Part shown: one piece after another, positions 24,006 through 39,084 of the stretch | How the letters are laid out: each line of letters begins with the position of its first letter | Numbering within the stretch: the first letter of the stretch is position 1 | Position numbers and translations under genes: made by a program | The notes under the pieces: model-generated | Seen by the model: the letters and a program-made list of their open reading frames with translations, nothing else | The model's database searches: none | What the model was told of the DNA's origin: nothing | Origin: Prorocentrum cordatum | Taxonomy: Eukaryota | Reading direction: 5' to 3' | DNA length: 64,000 bases | Assembly (NCBI GenBank): GCA_963575745.1 | Contig: CAUYUJ010000177.1 | Location: 1 to 64,000, forward strand

Positions 24006-26220
24006 TTCCCAACCACCCTGTGGTGTTGGGTCCTCGTTTTGAAGAGACAGCGCCCCGCGTCCCACCTCCTCTCCTCCTCCTCCTCTCCTCCTCCTCTCCC
24101 TCCACACACCCCTTACACGTTTCGTGGCCCCATAGGGAGCTCCACCGAAGGCCCCATGGCTGCCATCCGCATGCGTCCCGCACACCCATTTCGGCACACC
24201 CCTCACACGTTTCGTGGCCCCACAGGGAGCTCCACCGAAGGCCCCAGTGCTGCCGTCCGCATGCGTCCCGCACACCCATTTCGGCACACCCCTCACACGT
24301 TTCGTGGCCCCACAGGGAGCTCCACCGAAGGCCCCCGTGCTGCCGTCCGCATGCGTCCCGCACACCCATTTCGGCACACCCCTCACACGTTTCGTGGCCC
24401 CATAGGGAGCTCCACCGAAGGCCCCATGGCTGCCGTCCGCATGCGTCCCGCACACCCATTTCGGCACACCCCTCACACGTTTCGTGGCCCCACAGGGAGC
24501 TCCACCGAAGGCCCCAGTGCTGCCGTCCGCATGCGTCCCGCACACCCATTTCGGCACACCCCTCACACGTTTCGTGGCCCCATAGGGAGCTCCACCGAAG
24601 GCCCCATGGCTGCCGTCCGCATGCGTCCCGCACACCCATTTCGGCACACCCCTCACACGCTTCGTGGCCCCACAGGGAGCTCCACAGAAGGCCCCAGTGC
24701 TGCCGTCCGCATGCGTCCCGCACACCCATTTCGGCACACCCCTCACACGTTTCGTGGCCCCACAGGGAGCTCCCCCGAAGGCCCCATGGCTGCCGTCCGC
24801 ATGCGTCCCGCACACCCATTTCGGCACACCCCTCACACGTTTCGTGGCCCCACAGGGAGCTCCACCGAAGGCCCCAGTGCTGCCGTCCGCATGCGTCCCG
24901 CACACCCATTTCGGCACAACCCTCACACGTTTCGTGGCCCCACAGGGAGCTCCACCGAAGGCCCCATGGCTGCCGTCCGCATGCGTCCCGCACACCCATT
25001 TCGGCACACCCCTCACACGTTTCGTGGCCCCACAGGGAGCTCCACCGAAGGCCCCAGTGCTGCCGTCCGCATGCGCCCCGCACACCCATTTCGGCACACC
25101 CCTCACACGTTTCGTGGCCCCATAGGGAGCTCCACCGAACGCCCCAGTGCTGCCGTCCGCATGCGTCCCGCACACCCATTTCGGCACACCCCTCACACGT
25201 TTCGTGGCCCCACAGGGAGCTCCACCGAAGGCCCCAGTGCTGCCGTCCGCAAGCGTCCCGCACACCCATTGCGGCACACCCCTCACACGTTTCGTGGCCC
25301 CATAGGGAGCTCCACCGAAGGCCCAATGGCTGCCGTCCGCATGCGTCCCGCACACCCATTTCGGCACACCCCTCACACGTTTCGTGGCCCCACAGGGAGC
25401 TCCACCGAAGGCCCCAGTGCTGCCGTCCGCATGCGTCCCGCACACCCATTTCGGCACACCCCTCACACGTTTCGTGGCCCCCATAGGGAGCTCCACCGAA
25501 GCCCAGTGCGTGCCGTCCGCATGCGTCCCGCACACCCATTTCGGCACACCCCTCACACGTTTCGTGGCCCCACAGGGAGCTCCACCGAAGGCCCCAGTGC
25601 TGCCGTCCGCATGCGTCCCGCACACCCATTTCGGCACACCCCTCACACGTTTCGTGGCCCCATAGGGAGCTCCACCGAAGGCCCCATGGCTGCCGTCCGC
25701 ATGCGTCCCGCACACCCATTTCGGCACACCCCTCACACGTTTCGTGGCCCCACAGGGAGCTCCACCGAAGGCCCCAGTGCTGCCGTCCGCATGCGTCCCG
25801 CACACCAGTTGTGTGGCGTGCCGACATGGGCGTCGCGGCGCGCGGGCGCTGCCGTCGGGGTTCGCAGGGAAGCCCCTGCAGAGGCGACGCTCAGAGTCAC
25901 GAGTACCGAGAGTCACGCAGACCCAAACTGTTCACAGTCGTATACATACATTTACACTGGGCGTATCCATGCACGCATTCATGCGAATAGAATCAATCGC
26001 GCGCAGATTCATTCATAATCAGACTCGCTCGCGATCCGACTCGCACGCGCTCAAGCTTTCATATTCGGACCTATCGTCTTCGTTCGTGTTGTGTACACTG
26101 CCACGCATTTCGGCACACCCCTCATACGGCTCGTGGCCCCATAGGGAGCGCCACCGAAGAAGATATTCACAATTGCGGTACTCCCAACTGCATATGGTTG
26201 GGTCCTTCGCCAGGCTAATT
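24006..26220 (-). mobile_element. Composite non-autonomous element with internal 90-bp satellite (right copy, inverted)
   Basis: Head and tail match 21033-21455 and 22610-22672 in reverse complement. Confidence 0.75.
24105..25806. repeat. 90-bp tandem satellite, 19 highly homogeneous units
   Basis: ttcgtggccc recurs every 90 nt from 24121 to 25741. There are no unique spacers. Confidence 0.98.
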
Positions 26221-27464
26221 TTTCAAAACAAATATCATGAATCTTCGAGGGTTGGAAGCGGGAAAACGTACATAGGTACGTTCTATACATATGTATGTTT
26301 TTCTACACATAGCGAACGCGCGATAGTTCTAGTACATATGTAGCTCTACTTCTATCTCCAGCGAAGCGCGCGCGATAGTTCTAGTACATATGTATGTTTA
26401 TATATGTATGTGTGTGTATATATATATGTGTGTATATGTATCGGAGTAGGCTGGGGGAGGGCCCGGAACCGGCGCCTTTGGTTTGCATGGCGGTCTGGGG
26501 GGGCCTTGAGGACTCTAAGAGGGCTCAGAAGGGGCCCCGGACCCCCCCAGAGGCCCCCAAGCTGGCTCAAGAGGCTCCCAATGCGGCCCCGGTTGTTTGG
26601 AAGATGGCGGAAGAGCGGATGGCCTCCAGACGGGCCACGAGCACTCGAAGACAGCCCAAGATTACTCCTAGACGGCCACAACGGCATTCAAGACGATGGC
26701 CGCCGAGAAGGCCCCCCAAGGGCAAAAATCAAGCGTTTCCGAGGGAAAAGCGTCAACTTCCGGGATGCTCGCTTCTCGGTTCCCTCCATTCAGGAGGGGA
26801 AGAAACACAGCCACAATTAATCGTCGATTCCCAGGAAAATATAGGAAAATATGGGAAGTGGGGGGGAAGACAGAAACCCAGAAAATATAGGAAAATATGG
26901 GGAATCCTTTTATTTGTGTGTATTTATTTGTGTGTCCCAGTTCCCCTTCATACATGGTCCGCGACGGCCCCAGAGGCTCCCAAAATGGGCCCCAGACGGC
27001 CCAAGAGGCCCCTGAGAGGGCCCCAAGACGGCCCGAAGAGAGCTTCGAGCAGCGCAAGAGAGCTCCAAGACGGCCCAAGAGAGTACCCAGGGGGCCCGAG
27101 GGTAGGGGGCCACATGCGAACCCTACCCCACCCTCCCCCTCAGAAATCGTGGGGGGTAGGGGTAGGGTTCGCATCAAGCTAGCCAGCTCGAGCGAGTCAA
27201 GCATGGCATGCTCATTCGCACCCGCCCTCCCACAACATAAGAAACAGTGATGGCACAACTGGGGGCTGCGCGGGCATTTCAGTGCGAGTGGAGGATACCC
27301 CAGGACACCGCATTGACGTCCGCGCGGGATGTGCGCCGCGTCCCATTCCCGCCACGCATTTCGCATCGTCGACGACAAGACTGGCCATGTTGAAAGGAAC
27401 AACGGACACGTTCCGCCCTCCCACAACATAAGAAACAATGCTGGCGCAACTGGGTGCTGGCGCG

Positions 27465-28432
<968 letters not shown>

Positions 28433-28532
28433 NNNNNNNNNNNNNNNNNNNNNNNNNNNNNNNNNNNNNNNNNNNNNNNNNNNNNNNNNNNNNNNNNNNN
28501 NNNNNNNNNNNNNNNNNNNNNNNNNNNNNNNN
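28433..28532. other. Assembly gap (100 N)
   Basis: Run of n. Confidence 1.
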
Positions 28533-28574
28533 TTTGCTTTGTGTTCTAGATTGCTCCTCTCCTGGAGGCCAGCC

Positions 28575-29010
28575 AGACTTCAGAGGATGTCTCAGGTGAA
28601 ATGCTTGTTTTCACATGCTCTGGTCTTGAGGATGTCTGCAGCGAAACGCTTGGTTTCACGCGTCCAGGTCGCCCAGGCAGATGCCTAGCATGAGGATTTG
28701 TTGAGGATGTCTCGAGAGAGACGTTTGTTTTCACGCGTCCGGGTCGTCCAGGCAGATGTCTAGCATGAGGATTTGTTGAGGATGTCTCGAGAGGGACGTT
28801 TGTTTTCACGCGTCCAGGTCGTCCAGGCAGATGTCTAGCATGAGGATTCGTTGAGGATGTCTCTTGTTTTCACGCGTCCAGGTCGCCCAGGCAGATGTCT
28901 AGCATGAGGATTTGTTGAGGATGTCTCGAGCGAGACGCTTGGTTTTACGTGTCGTCGCCCAGGCGGATGTCTAGCATGAGGATGTGTTGAGAACGTCTCG
29001 AGCCAAACGC
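28575..29010. repeat. ~75-bp tandem repeat (gaggatgtctcgag...ttcacgcgtccaggtcg...ctagcatgagg)
   Basis: The core recurs at ~75-nt spacing. Degenerate arrays of the same family lie at ~30450-30985 and ~33560-34130. Confidence 0.9.
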
Positions 29011-32000
29011 TTGTATTCCCCCACATACTAAGTGAGTTTTTTGTTTTCTCTGGGTACCCTGCGCAGTCCTCCCACTCACCCCCCCTTTCATCATCACATA
29101 TCACAGTCATCACGATTACCATCACTATCATCATCATGATCATCACACCACCATCATCGTCATGATCACTGTCTCCATCCATCATGATCGTGTTCCCCAT
29201 CCTCCTCATCATCCGCATCAGCAAAAGCATCATCATATGCACTCGTTCATCCACTCGTAACTCATTGGCGCAGCCAATCACCATTATCACTGACCACTCA
29301 TCATCGTCATCATCAGCATAATCAGCATCATCATCATCACAACACCATCGTCATCATCATCACAATCACCATCCCATCACGATCATCGGCCATCGTTCGT
29401 CATCACCACCACCACAGTCATCACCACTATTACCATCATCAACACCAGCACCATAAGCATTGCACACATTCCTCCACTCACCCTCTCTCTCTCACACTCA
29501 TTTTCAGGAAGTCTCGAGCGGAAGCCTCGTCGGTGAGTGAATTGCGAGGACGTCTCAGGCGGGAGCGCTTCCCCATGGGGCCCGCAGCTCCCTATGGGGC
29601 CGCCAGCTCATGTTAGTAATCCGAGCGGGTCATCAAAAAACTTGTACTTGTCGTGCTCCTGAGGCTTGAATCTAGGAGAAGTATCAAGCGGGAGACTCGT
29701 CCGTGAGTGGGTTGCGAGGAATCTCAGGCGGGAGCGCTTCCCCATGGGGCCCGCAGCTCATGTTAGAAATCCGAGCGGGCCATCAAATTTCCGTAAGGGT
29801 CGTCGTCACTTTGTGGCTCTTGAGGTTTCAATCAGGAGGAAGTGTCGGGCGGGAGTTTCGTCTGGGAGCGGATCGCGGGGGCGTCTCCAGCTCGCGCTCG
29901 GAAAAGATAACCCATATATTGGGAGCTCGATTCTCAGCTGGCTTGCCACTAGCCTGCATGGGCCACCCCTCATTGGGCTCACACTTCATGCTGGCAATCC
30001 GAGTGTTGTATGCCGAGCTGGTCGTCGGCAGATTTGTTACTGCCGAGACTTCCGGGAGCGCGGGCCAGCCGGCGTCAGTGCGGAAGGCGCTCGAGGAGTT
30101 CGACAAGAGAGCGAAAAATTCCAGGGATGAAGCGGAGCAGCTCGCGGCAGAGCTGGACTTCAAGCTGCCCCCCTCCTGAGCGCGGCCGCGATCAGCTCGA
30201 GATCTGCGGGGTTGTCCCAACGGCCTCGCCCGCGGGGCTGGCCGATTGGCTTTGCAATGCGGCCATCGGAGAACGTGCCCACGCCGCCCGTGGCCACATC
30301 GGCACCGAGGAAAATCGACTTACCCTGGCCAGGAGCCAGAGGAGGTGCATGGGGAGAACAGGCAGGAGCAAAATAAGGGACGAATAATGAGTGGGACATG
30401 AAGATGGGTGGAGGATGGCACGAGCGAGTCAACCGTTGTCTTATGCGTATGCAGGTCGCCCAGGCGGTCTAGCATGAGGACGTATTGAGGATGTGTTGAG
30501 CGAAGCGCTTGTTTTTTCATGTGTCCATGTCGACCAGGCGGATGTGTAACATGGGGATTTGGCCAGGATGTCTCGAGCGAGAGGCTTGCATAAAGATGTG
30601 TTGAGGACGTCTCGAGTGAAGCGCTTGCTTTCCCTTGTCCAGGTCGCCCGGCCAGATGTCTAGCATGAGGAGGTGTTGAGAACGATTCGAGTGAAACGCT
30701 GGCTTTCACGTGCCAAGGTCGCCCAGGCGGATGTCGAACATGAAGATGATATGAGGATGTCTCGAGCGAGCCGTTTGTTGTCACGTGTCCAGGTCGCAAA
30801 GACGGATGTCTAGCATGAGGATGCGCCGAGGATGTGTTGAGCGAAGTGATTGTTTTCAGGTGTCCAGACGGATTTTTAACATGAGGATTTGAGCAGGATG
30901 TCTCGAGTGAGACACGTGTTTTCATGTGTGAGGGACGCCCACGCGGACGTCTAACACGGGGATTTGTTGAGGATGTCTTGGGCGACATATTTGTTGCAGT
31001 CGAGTGCATCGCAGAAATAACCCCGCCCGTCCGTGGGGCGTCTCCTGGCACGCTGGCGCGTCACTTGGCGCGTTCCTTGCGACGTTCTGGCGTGACGTGT
31101 CCGGCACGTCCCCTAGCACGCCACTCGGCGTGGCACGTTCCCTGGCTATTCCTCTGTCGCGTTCCCTGGCTCGTCCGCAGGCGTTTCCACTGCGGGTTTT
31201 GCGGCGCGCCCCTTGCAGCGCCCCTTGGCATGACGTCCTCTGGCCGCCCCGTGGCACGCGCCTTGGCACGTCCCGTGGCAGGCCCTTGACATGTCCAGAG
31301 CACGTCCCCTGATGCGTCCCCTGATGCGTCTCCTGATACGCCCCCTGGCGCATCCCCTCTTGCGCCCCTGAAGCATCCAGTGGCGCGTCCGTGAGGCTGT
31401 GCCCCGTGTCGTGTCCTTCCTTTTCGGAGTTGAGGCGGATTTTGAGGTCGAGTTGATTGAACGTCCCGCACGTTTCTACGTCAAATAGTTCGGGGGCAGA
31501 CATTTTGTGTCCAGGCAACTCGAGCTTAAGATCCATATCAGTTCGGTCTGAACTCGGATGCAAAGAAAAACTCGATCCACCACGCAAAACAGCACACTCG
31601 CGGCATGGCACATCGCAATGCAGCATGGCGCAGCACAGCGCAGCCCTTGGCACGGTACATCAAGATCGATACACTCAGCATTGAAGTTGCCCGTCGCCCA
31701 ATCAGGTGTCTTGAACACGTTGCCATGCCTCCCGTTTCGACATTGTTGTGCGGTATCGTGGGTTATCGTGGGTCGATCATGTTCGGTCATCCTCACCTTT
31801 GTTAGTATTTCACTATTCATGTTTATTGCTTACCTTCATCATCCTGCTCGCCTCAATGTTCTGTAGTCTACACGTGACCATGCCCAACTTGCCCGCCCAG
31901 GTGCACTGCTATCTGGGCGAGGGAGTAATGAACACCCTCCGCCCCTTCCGTTCTACATCCCGTTCCACTCTCGAGGACGTGGCGATCTGGTATTGGTATC

Positions 32001-34129
32001 TAGCACGGCCACGATGATATCGACTATCTTCACAGGTTGTGGTCGGTGTGTTCATCAAATCGGTGAGGAAGGCTGAGAAGCCCAGCCTTACCGCAGACTG
32101 GTTCAGGCGCTGACTCCACTCGCTCGTGCGCCTGCTCCGTCCAGATGTTGACACTAACGAGTAGAGGCTAGCCCCTGCGAGAGGCCCCAGTAAAGTTCAA
32201 AGCTGGCAATGCGCGACGGCACTTGGAGACCTCGAGTGGACGCATGCTGTGGTGGCCCCAGCTGGAGTCCAGCCCAATGCGTGCCGGTCCCTCGTCGTCC
32301 TCCTCCTCCTCCTTCTCCTCCTCCTCCTCCTCCTCCCCCTGTCGCTTTCGCTCCCTGGCATTCTGACCCACGAGGACGCAGTCCTCCTCGCTCCGAGCTC
32401 CGTGCCTCCACGTCGGCGCTTAAGGGGCATTGGGCAGCATCATGTCGCCTTTGTATTGGTATTGTGGGGCTGTCTGTGGAGGAGGCGAGCCCGCAGCTTG
32501 TCGAAAGTTTGTGGCAGATTTTGTATCATCTCTTCCTCCTCCCCCTCCCCCTTCTGCACACTAGCCTTGGGCAATTCAAGAGTGAATGCTGGTAGGCCGC
32601 CATTCCCGCAAAGCGGCAATCGGCGTGCGCAGTCGCTTGCCCACGCGCTTCGGCGTCTGGCACTTCTGTCTGTCTGTCTGTCTGTCTGTCTGTCCGTGGA
32701 GGAGGCGATCCCTTTTGGGGGGTGCCCGATGACCAGTGGTGTTTGCACACCATTGACTAAGGGCCGCATCGAGCCGATTTCACCTCAGCTGAACTTGTGC
32801 CACTCTCTATGGTTTTGGACAGCTATCCCAGTGGCTGAACGGAGCAAGTTTCGATCGATGTTTGGTGTGTGTGTGTGTTTCTGGGGGCAGCCGCGCAGCA
32901 TTTTCTTATGTTTTGCTGCGCGTGTGCTTCTGGGTTTTTTTCCTGCGCCTCTTCTTCGGCATCCGTCCCAGGCGGCAGGGACAGTGGAAGCATTTTGCGC
33001 ACTGCCTCAACGCCTCCCGCCTGGGTGTACTAGTTCGCGCCCTGGTTCTTCGAGCTATTTGTGACTGCAGGGGCGAGGCGGAGTACCAACAGCTGGTTCT
33101 TCCCCTGGGGTTGCTGCGCAGTGTTGTCCTTCAGCATGCTGTGCGTAGATTTCTGGTTATTATGTTCCTGCTCGGTCTCTTCGTTATTCATCCTAGGCGG
33201 GAGGGACAGTGGGAACCTACGTGCACTGACCCAACGCCTCCCGCCAGGGTGTAGTTCAATGGATGGTTGTGCTTGGACAAATGGCTTTCCCATAACCGTG
33301 GGGTATTATGCGCATCTCGTTTTTCGTGTGTTTCGTTTCGCATGTCGGCGCAGCCGCGTGGCTCTTTGTCACCTCGATTCGCGGTGTGGGTTATACGCTT
33401 TATTTGGCGAGGTGGGTGTGTTTTTTCTCCCCCAAACTGGGCGTGGGCCCAGGGTTCTCGTTTAGTTTGTCAATTGTCCTCCGTGCCATGACTGAGGTGG
33501 GCCGGCGGGTTCTTTTCCTGATAATTATCGAGGTCGAGGTGGGCCGGCGGATTAAAGTTTGAGGATGTCTCGAGCGAAACGTTTGTTTCAGAGTTTGTTG
33601 AGGATATCTCGAGCGAAACGCTGGTTTTGCAGAGTTTGGGGATGGATGTCTAGAGCGACACGCTTGTTTTGTTTTCAGAAATTGCTGAGAATGTCTCGAG
33701 CGAAACGCTGGTTTTGCAGAGTTGGGGTGTCGAACGTGGCTTCGGGCCCAACGCCGAACTATGAGGAAACGCGCGGGGGCGAAAAACGCTACCCGAACAC
33801 ATGTCCCAATACAGCAACGTGATGGTTTCTTGCTTTGAACAGGGGGTTGCGCTTTGGGGGCCTCTCCAGGGAAAGCATTGCGAGGATGTCTCGAGCGGGA
33901 GCGCGAATTCAGCGTATCCAGGTCACGCAGGGAGGTATCTAACATGGCTGTCCCGAGCTGGAACCACGCGTTTGTTTTCTCATGTTCTGGCCACCCAGGG
34001 AGATCTCGAACATGATTGTCACGAGCTGGAACCATGTGTTTTAACGTGCCCAGGCCACCCAGGGGGTATCTAACATGGTTGTCCCGAGCTGGTACCGTGT
34101 TTTTACGTGTCCAGGCCACCAGCACGACG

Positions 34130-35700
34130 CTTGTCCCCAGCACGTTCTGTAGCGCGTCCCCTTGGCACGTCCCGCGGTGCGTCCCCGTGGCGCGTCCCCT
34201 GGCACGTCGCCTGGCGCGTCCCTTGGAACTTTCCGCGGCGCGTCTTCCTGGCATGTTCCCTTGTCAATCAGCTCCGGGGCAGCCACTGTGTGGACTATGT
34301 GCTCAGGCAGCTCGAGCTTAAGATCCATATCAGTTCGGTTAGGATCCGAATGCCAAGGAGGATTCGGTCCACAACGCTATAGAGCACAATCGCGGCATGG
34401 CACACCGCAGTTCAGCACGGCGCAGCACAGCACAGCCCTCGGCACGGTACACCAAGATCGACACACTCACTCAGCATTGCAATTTTGCACGTTCCTTGGC
34501 ACGTTCCGTGGCCGCGTCCCGTGGCGAGTCCCCCTGGCACGTCCCGTGGCACGTCCATTGGCACGTTCCGAAGCGCGTCCCCTTGGCACGTCCCGCGGTG
34601 CGTCCCCGTGGCACGTCCCCTGGCACGTCGCCTGGCGCGTCCCTTGGAACTTTCCGCGGCGCGTCTTCCTGGCATGCCCCATTGTCAATTAGCTCTGGGG
34701 CAGCTACCATATGCTCAGGCAGCTCGAGCTTAAGATCCAGATCAGTTCGGTTAGGATCCGAATGCCAAGGAGGACTCGGTCCACAACGCTATAGAGCACA
34801 ATCGCGGCATGGCACATCGCAGTTCAGCACGGCGCAGCACAACATTGCCTTCGGCACGGTACATCAAGATCGATACACTCAGTATTGCAACTTGGCACGT
34901 TCCGTGGCGCGTCCCGTGGCGAGTCCCCCTGTCCGTGGCGAGTCGGCACGTCGCGCGGCGCGTCCCCTGGCACGTCCCGTGGCACGTCCATTGGCACGTT
35001 CCGTAGCGCGTCCCCTTGGCACGTCCCGCGGTGCGTCCCCGTGGCACGTCCCCTGACACGTCGCTTGGCGCGTCCCTCGGGACGTTCCGCGGCGCGTCTT
35101 CCTGGCATGTTCCCTTGTCAATCAGCTCTGGGGCAGCTACTATGTGTTAGGGCAGCTCGAGCTTAAGATCCAGATCAGTTCGGTCAGGACTCGGATGCAA
35201 AGAATGACTCGATCCACAATACTATAGAGCACAATCGCGGCATGGCACATCGCAGTTCAGCACGGCTCAGCACACCATAGCCCTCGGCACGATACATCAA
35301 GATCGATACACTCAGCATTGCAACTTGGCACGTTCCGTGGCGCGTCCCGTGGCGAGTCCCCCTGGCACGTCGCGCGGCGCGTCTCCTGGCACGCCCAGTG
35401 ACACGTCCATTGGCACGTTCCGTAGCGCGTCCCCTTGGCACGTCCCGCGGTGCGTCCCCGTGGCACGTCCCCTGACACGTCGCCTGGCGCGTCCCTCGGG
35501 ACGTTCCGCGGCGCGTCCTCCTGGCATGTTCCCTTGTCAATCAGCTCTGGGGCAGCTACTAGTTATGTTCTCAGGCAGCTCGATCTTAAGATCCAGATCA
35601 GTTCGGTCAGGACTCGGATGCAGAGGGGGACTCGAAGGCTATAAGCACAATCGTGGCATGGCACTAAGCATTGCGTTTGCCCGTCGCCCAATCAGGTGTC
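34130..35700. repeat. ~420-435-bp tandem repeat with GGCACGTCC subrepeats
   Basis: The marker gcagctcgagcttaagatcc..atcagttcgg occurs at ~34307, 34719, 35152 and 35575. Dispersed relatives lie at ~31030-31730, 38130-38490 and 42340-42690. Confidence 0.9.
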
Positions 35701-37484
35701 TTTGAAACGTTGCCATGCCTTGCATGTTTATATTTCTTTCCGGGTTCGTGGGTCGATCATGTTTCGTGCGCCAGCATGGGCTGGAGTGAACAACGTTGCT
35801 GTTTGTGGTTTATTATGGGATGTGGCGCGTTGGAGGAATTCATTTACGGCATCCACGCGTTCCGTACGTTTCAGTTTTCAGGTCTTATTGTCATGCCCTT
35901 CGATCTGTTCCTTCCAGCGCTGGCATATCCACAGTTCGTCGTCGAGTCTTTCCTATTCGCCGCGGGTTCGGAGAAGGTCAGCTCGACTTTTCCCATCGAT
36001 TCGCGATTGCTCCAGTCCGGTCCAGTCCTCCGCTTCCTGCGCGTCCTCCACCTTCTCCTCGTCCTCTCCCTCCACTCCTCGCCCCGCAACCCGCCGCCTG
36101 CTCCGCGGGGCACCGCGCCGCGGCGCCGCCAGCGACGTCGACATTGGGTTTTCGGCGATGCCCCGACGCCGAGGTCGCGTGGAGCCCGCACGACCGGCAG
36201 CAGCTGCTGACAGGCGGTGTCTCGGGGGGCGGGTGGGGGGGAGCCACAGCGTCGAGGAGCATCGGACACGGCTGGGTGGCTGCGGTGGCCCAGCGCTGGC
36301 TCCGGCCACCAGGAGAGGGGGAGGGCGAAGCGGGCCCTCCCGTCGCCGCGGCCGGGCTCGAATGGGGCCGCCCCGGCGGCGCGCGGAGAAGGCCGCTGGC
36401 CGGTCGCGAGGCCAGATGCCAGCGCGAAGAAGCCCGCCGCAGGCACCGCCATTTCTAGGGGGGAACAGCCAGCCAGCGGCGGGCGGATATCTTTCAGCAC
36501 AGCATTGTGAGGTACGGCGCGGGTGGGTCGCCTGTGGGTCGCGGGCGGGTGGCGGGTGGGTCGTGGGGTGCGTCGCGGGTGGGTCGTGGGGTGCGGCAAC
36601 CTGGACAGCAGAGGCCCGCTCCGGCCACGCACCTCAAAGAGCGGTCGCTTCCCCCCCTCTGCCCCCCCCCTCTTTGCATGTTTTTCCGTGGGCGGCCAAG
36701 AGGGGGGTGATGATGAGGAGGGTGTGGAGAATATCATGGACGGGGCCACGATGGCTCCCCGGATCGCATGGCACCCTCTTCTTCTTTCCTTGCGTTCCGT
36801 GTGACGAACGCTCATCACGCACCCATGCCCATAGGGGGGACGGAATGAGCCATGGGTGCGTGTTGTCGGATGGGGGCCCCCGCTCGAACGGGAGCCTCCC
36901 CAGGGGTCCGACAACCCGCACCCATACCCACAGCCAGTCCTTCCCCCTCCGACCTCCCTATGGGTACGGGCGTGTGCTGTGTTCGTTCATCGCCGTGGTT
37001 CCCGCCCCGCCCGCGCGCATGCCTCGGGCCATGGCCTGCGACCCCCCCCTTTCGGGGCAGCGAACGGCTCGCGTCCGCCGGAACTCGGGTCTGTCAGCTT
37101 TTTTTTCCCCCTTTCAAGAGCCAGGGCCCAGGGCTCTCCTGGCAGTAGGTCGCCCCCCCCCCAGCCTCGACTTGAGAGGGGCAGGCGAATGTCCGCTCGT
37201 CTGAACTCGGACAGGGCGGAGGCCGGGGGTTCTCTTTTGGTTCTGTTAGCTAGCTGTTGCTTGAGATGGGCTGGCGCAGCGAGATGAAGTCCTATTTTGT
37301 TTACAAGGAAAATGCCTTTCGCGCGAGCACGCTCGAGGAAAGTGCGCCCCCCCATCTCGGATCCTCCACGATAGCGCGAGCCTCCGTTTTCTCGTGTAAC
37401 ATACAGGGTGCGGAGCGTTTTGCGCAGAATGCGGGATAAACAACGAGGTCTGGAGGCCTTGAAATTCCTTTCAGAAGCTGAAGA

Positions 37485-38112
37485 GCGGGACAGACGTGAA
37501 AACACGTGGTTCCGAACGCCACAGAGCGGGATCAGCGTGAAGGCTTGGCTTCCTAACACCCCAGAGCGGGGCAAGCATGAAACCAGATGGGTTCCTAACG
37601 CCTCAGAATGGGACACACGTGAAAACCATATGTTCCTAGCGCCGCAGAACGGGACAGATGTGAAGACACATGGTTCCTAACGCCCCAGAGCGCGACAAGC
37701 TTGGAAGCACGTGGGTTCCTAACGCTCCAGGGCGGGACAAGCGTGAACACACGCGGGTTCCGAACGCCCCAGAGCAGGACAAGCGTGAGAACACGATGGG
37801 TCCTGGCGCCCCCCCCGCAGGCGGGACAAGCGTGACAACATGTGGGTTCTTAACGCGCCAGGGCGAAACAAGCGTGGCAGCACGTGGCTCCCAATGCCCC
37901 AGAGTGGGACAAACGTGACACCACGTGGGTTCCTAACGCCCCAGGGCGGGATAAGCGTGACCACACGTAGGTTGGACAAGCGTCAACACGCGTGGGTTCC
38001 TAACGCCCCAGAGCCAGATAAGCGTGAACACACGTGGGTTCCAAACACCCCAGAGCGGAACAAGCGTGAGAACACGTGGGTTCTGAACGCCACAGGGCGG
38101 GACAAGCGTGAA
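37485..38112. repeat. ~42-bp degenerate minisatellite (cagagcgggacaagcgtgaacacacgtgggttcctaacgccc)
   Basis: About 14 diverged tandem units. Confidence 0.9.
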
Positions 38113-39084
38113 ACTGGTCCTTTGCTGCGTTCCTTGCTTGTTCCGTGGTGCGTCCCTTGCCACGTCCCCTGACACGTCCCCTGGCGCATCCCCGAATGCG
38201 CCCCTGACACCTCCCGTGGCGCGTCCATGCGCCCAGCGCCCCGTGTCCCGTCCCGCTTCGGAGCTGTGTCAGATCTTGAGCTCGAGCTGATTGGGCGTCC
38301 CACGCGTTTCGATTGCAAAAATCTTTGGGCCAGCTATTCTCTTTCTCTCAGGCAGCTCGAACTTGAGCTCTAAGTTAGTTCGGTCAGGGTTCGCTTTCCA
38401 AGGGCGACTTGATCCACAACGCTATAGAGCACACCGAAATTCATCGACGCATGGCACATCTCATTTCAGCACGGCACAGCACATCACAATCTTTGAAAGA
38501 GCGCGTTCTGTGGTCGCTTGGAGGGGGGGGAGGGGTTGGAACCGGACCCCCCCCCTGGATGGAGGGGGGAGGGTTCGAACCCCCCCCCCTCCCGTGACGG
38601 AAGGGGAAGGGGGTTCGAACCCCCCCCCTGCCCCCTCTCGTGACGGGGGGGGGGTTCGAACCCCCCCCCCTCCTGCTTCCCCTCTCCTCAGGCCGGCGCT
38701 GCCTGCGCTTGGGTCGGCGGCGGCTGGCGACGGCGGCGGGGACGACGATTATACATATAACGGCGCACCTGGTCTGGGGGCCCGGGGCCGGGACCACGAC
38801 CGCAAATGTGGGGACCGGGGGCTCTGGAGGCTCGTCGGGGCTTGCCGGCGGCCTCCCCGGTCAGACAAGACGGCCCCAGGAACGCCCAAGACGGCCCAAG
38901 AAACTTCCAAGAGGCCTCCAAGAGAGCTCCGAGATGCTGAAGATGGCCTCCAGACGTCCAAGGACGCCCCCAAGAGGCCCCAAGAAGCCTCCAACATGCG
39001 TCCCAAGAGGGCCCCTAGACGGGCCGTTCAAGAACCTCCATTCCAAGAGGCCTCCAAGACTCCGAGATGCTGAAGATGGCCTCC

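Noticed and set aside
24105..25806. Possible CRISPR array
   Set aside because: Whole units repeat with no unique spacers, there are no cas genes, and the context is eukaryotic.
23604..26018. 551-770 aa ORFs on both strands
   Set aside because: They are artefacts of a stop-poor 90-bp (multiple of 3) satellite that is open in several frames at once.
26563..26571. GGCTCAAG as an SL relic
   Set aside because: A short chance match inside a CCAAGA-rich repeat, with no upstream CCATTTT.
29850..30390. Coding-like stretch (VRKALEEFDKRAKNSRDEAEQLAAELDF)
   Set aside because: No recognisable family. It may be a decayed transposon ORF or orphan exon, and needs BLASTX.
31860..32160. Complex non-repetitive segment (similar cases at 45980-46130 and 51000-51400)
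   Set aside because: No identifiable motif in any frame, so I cannot support an exon call.
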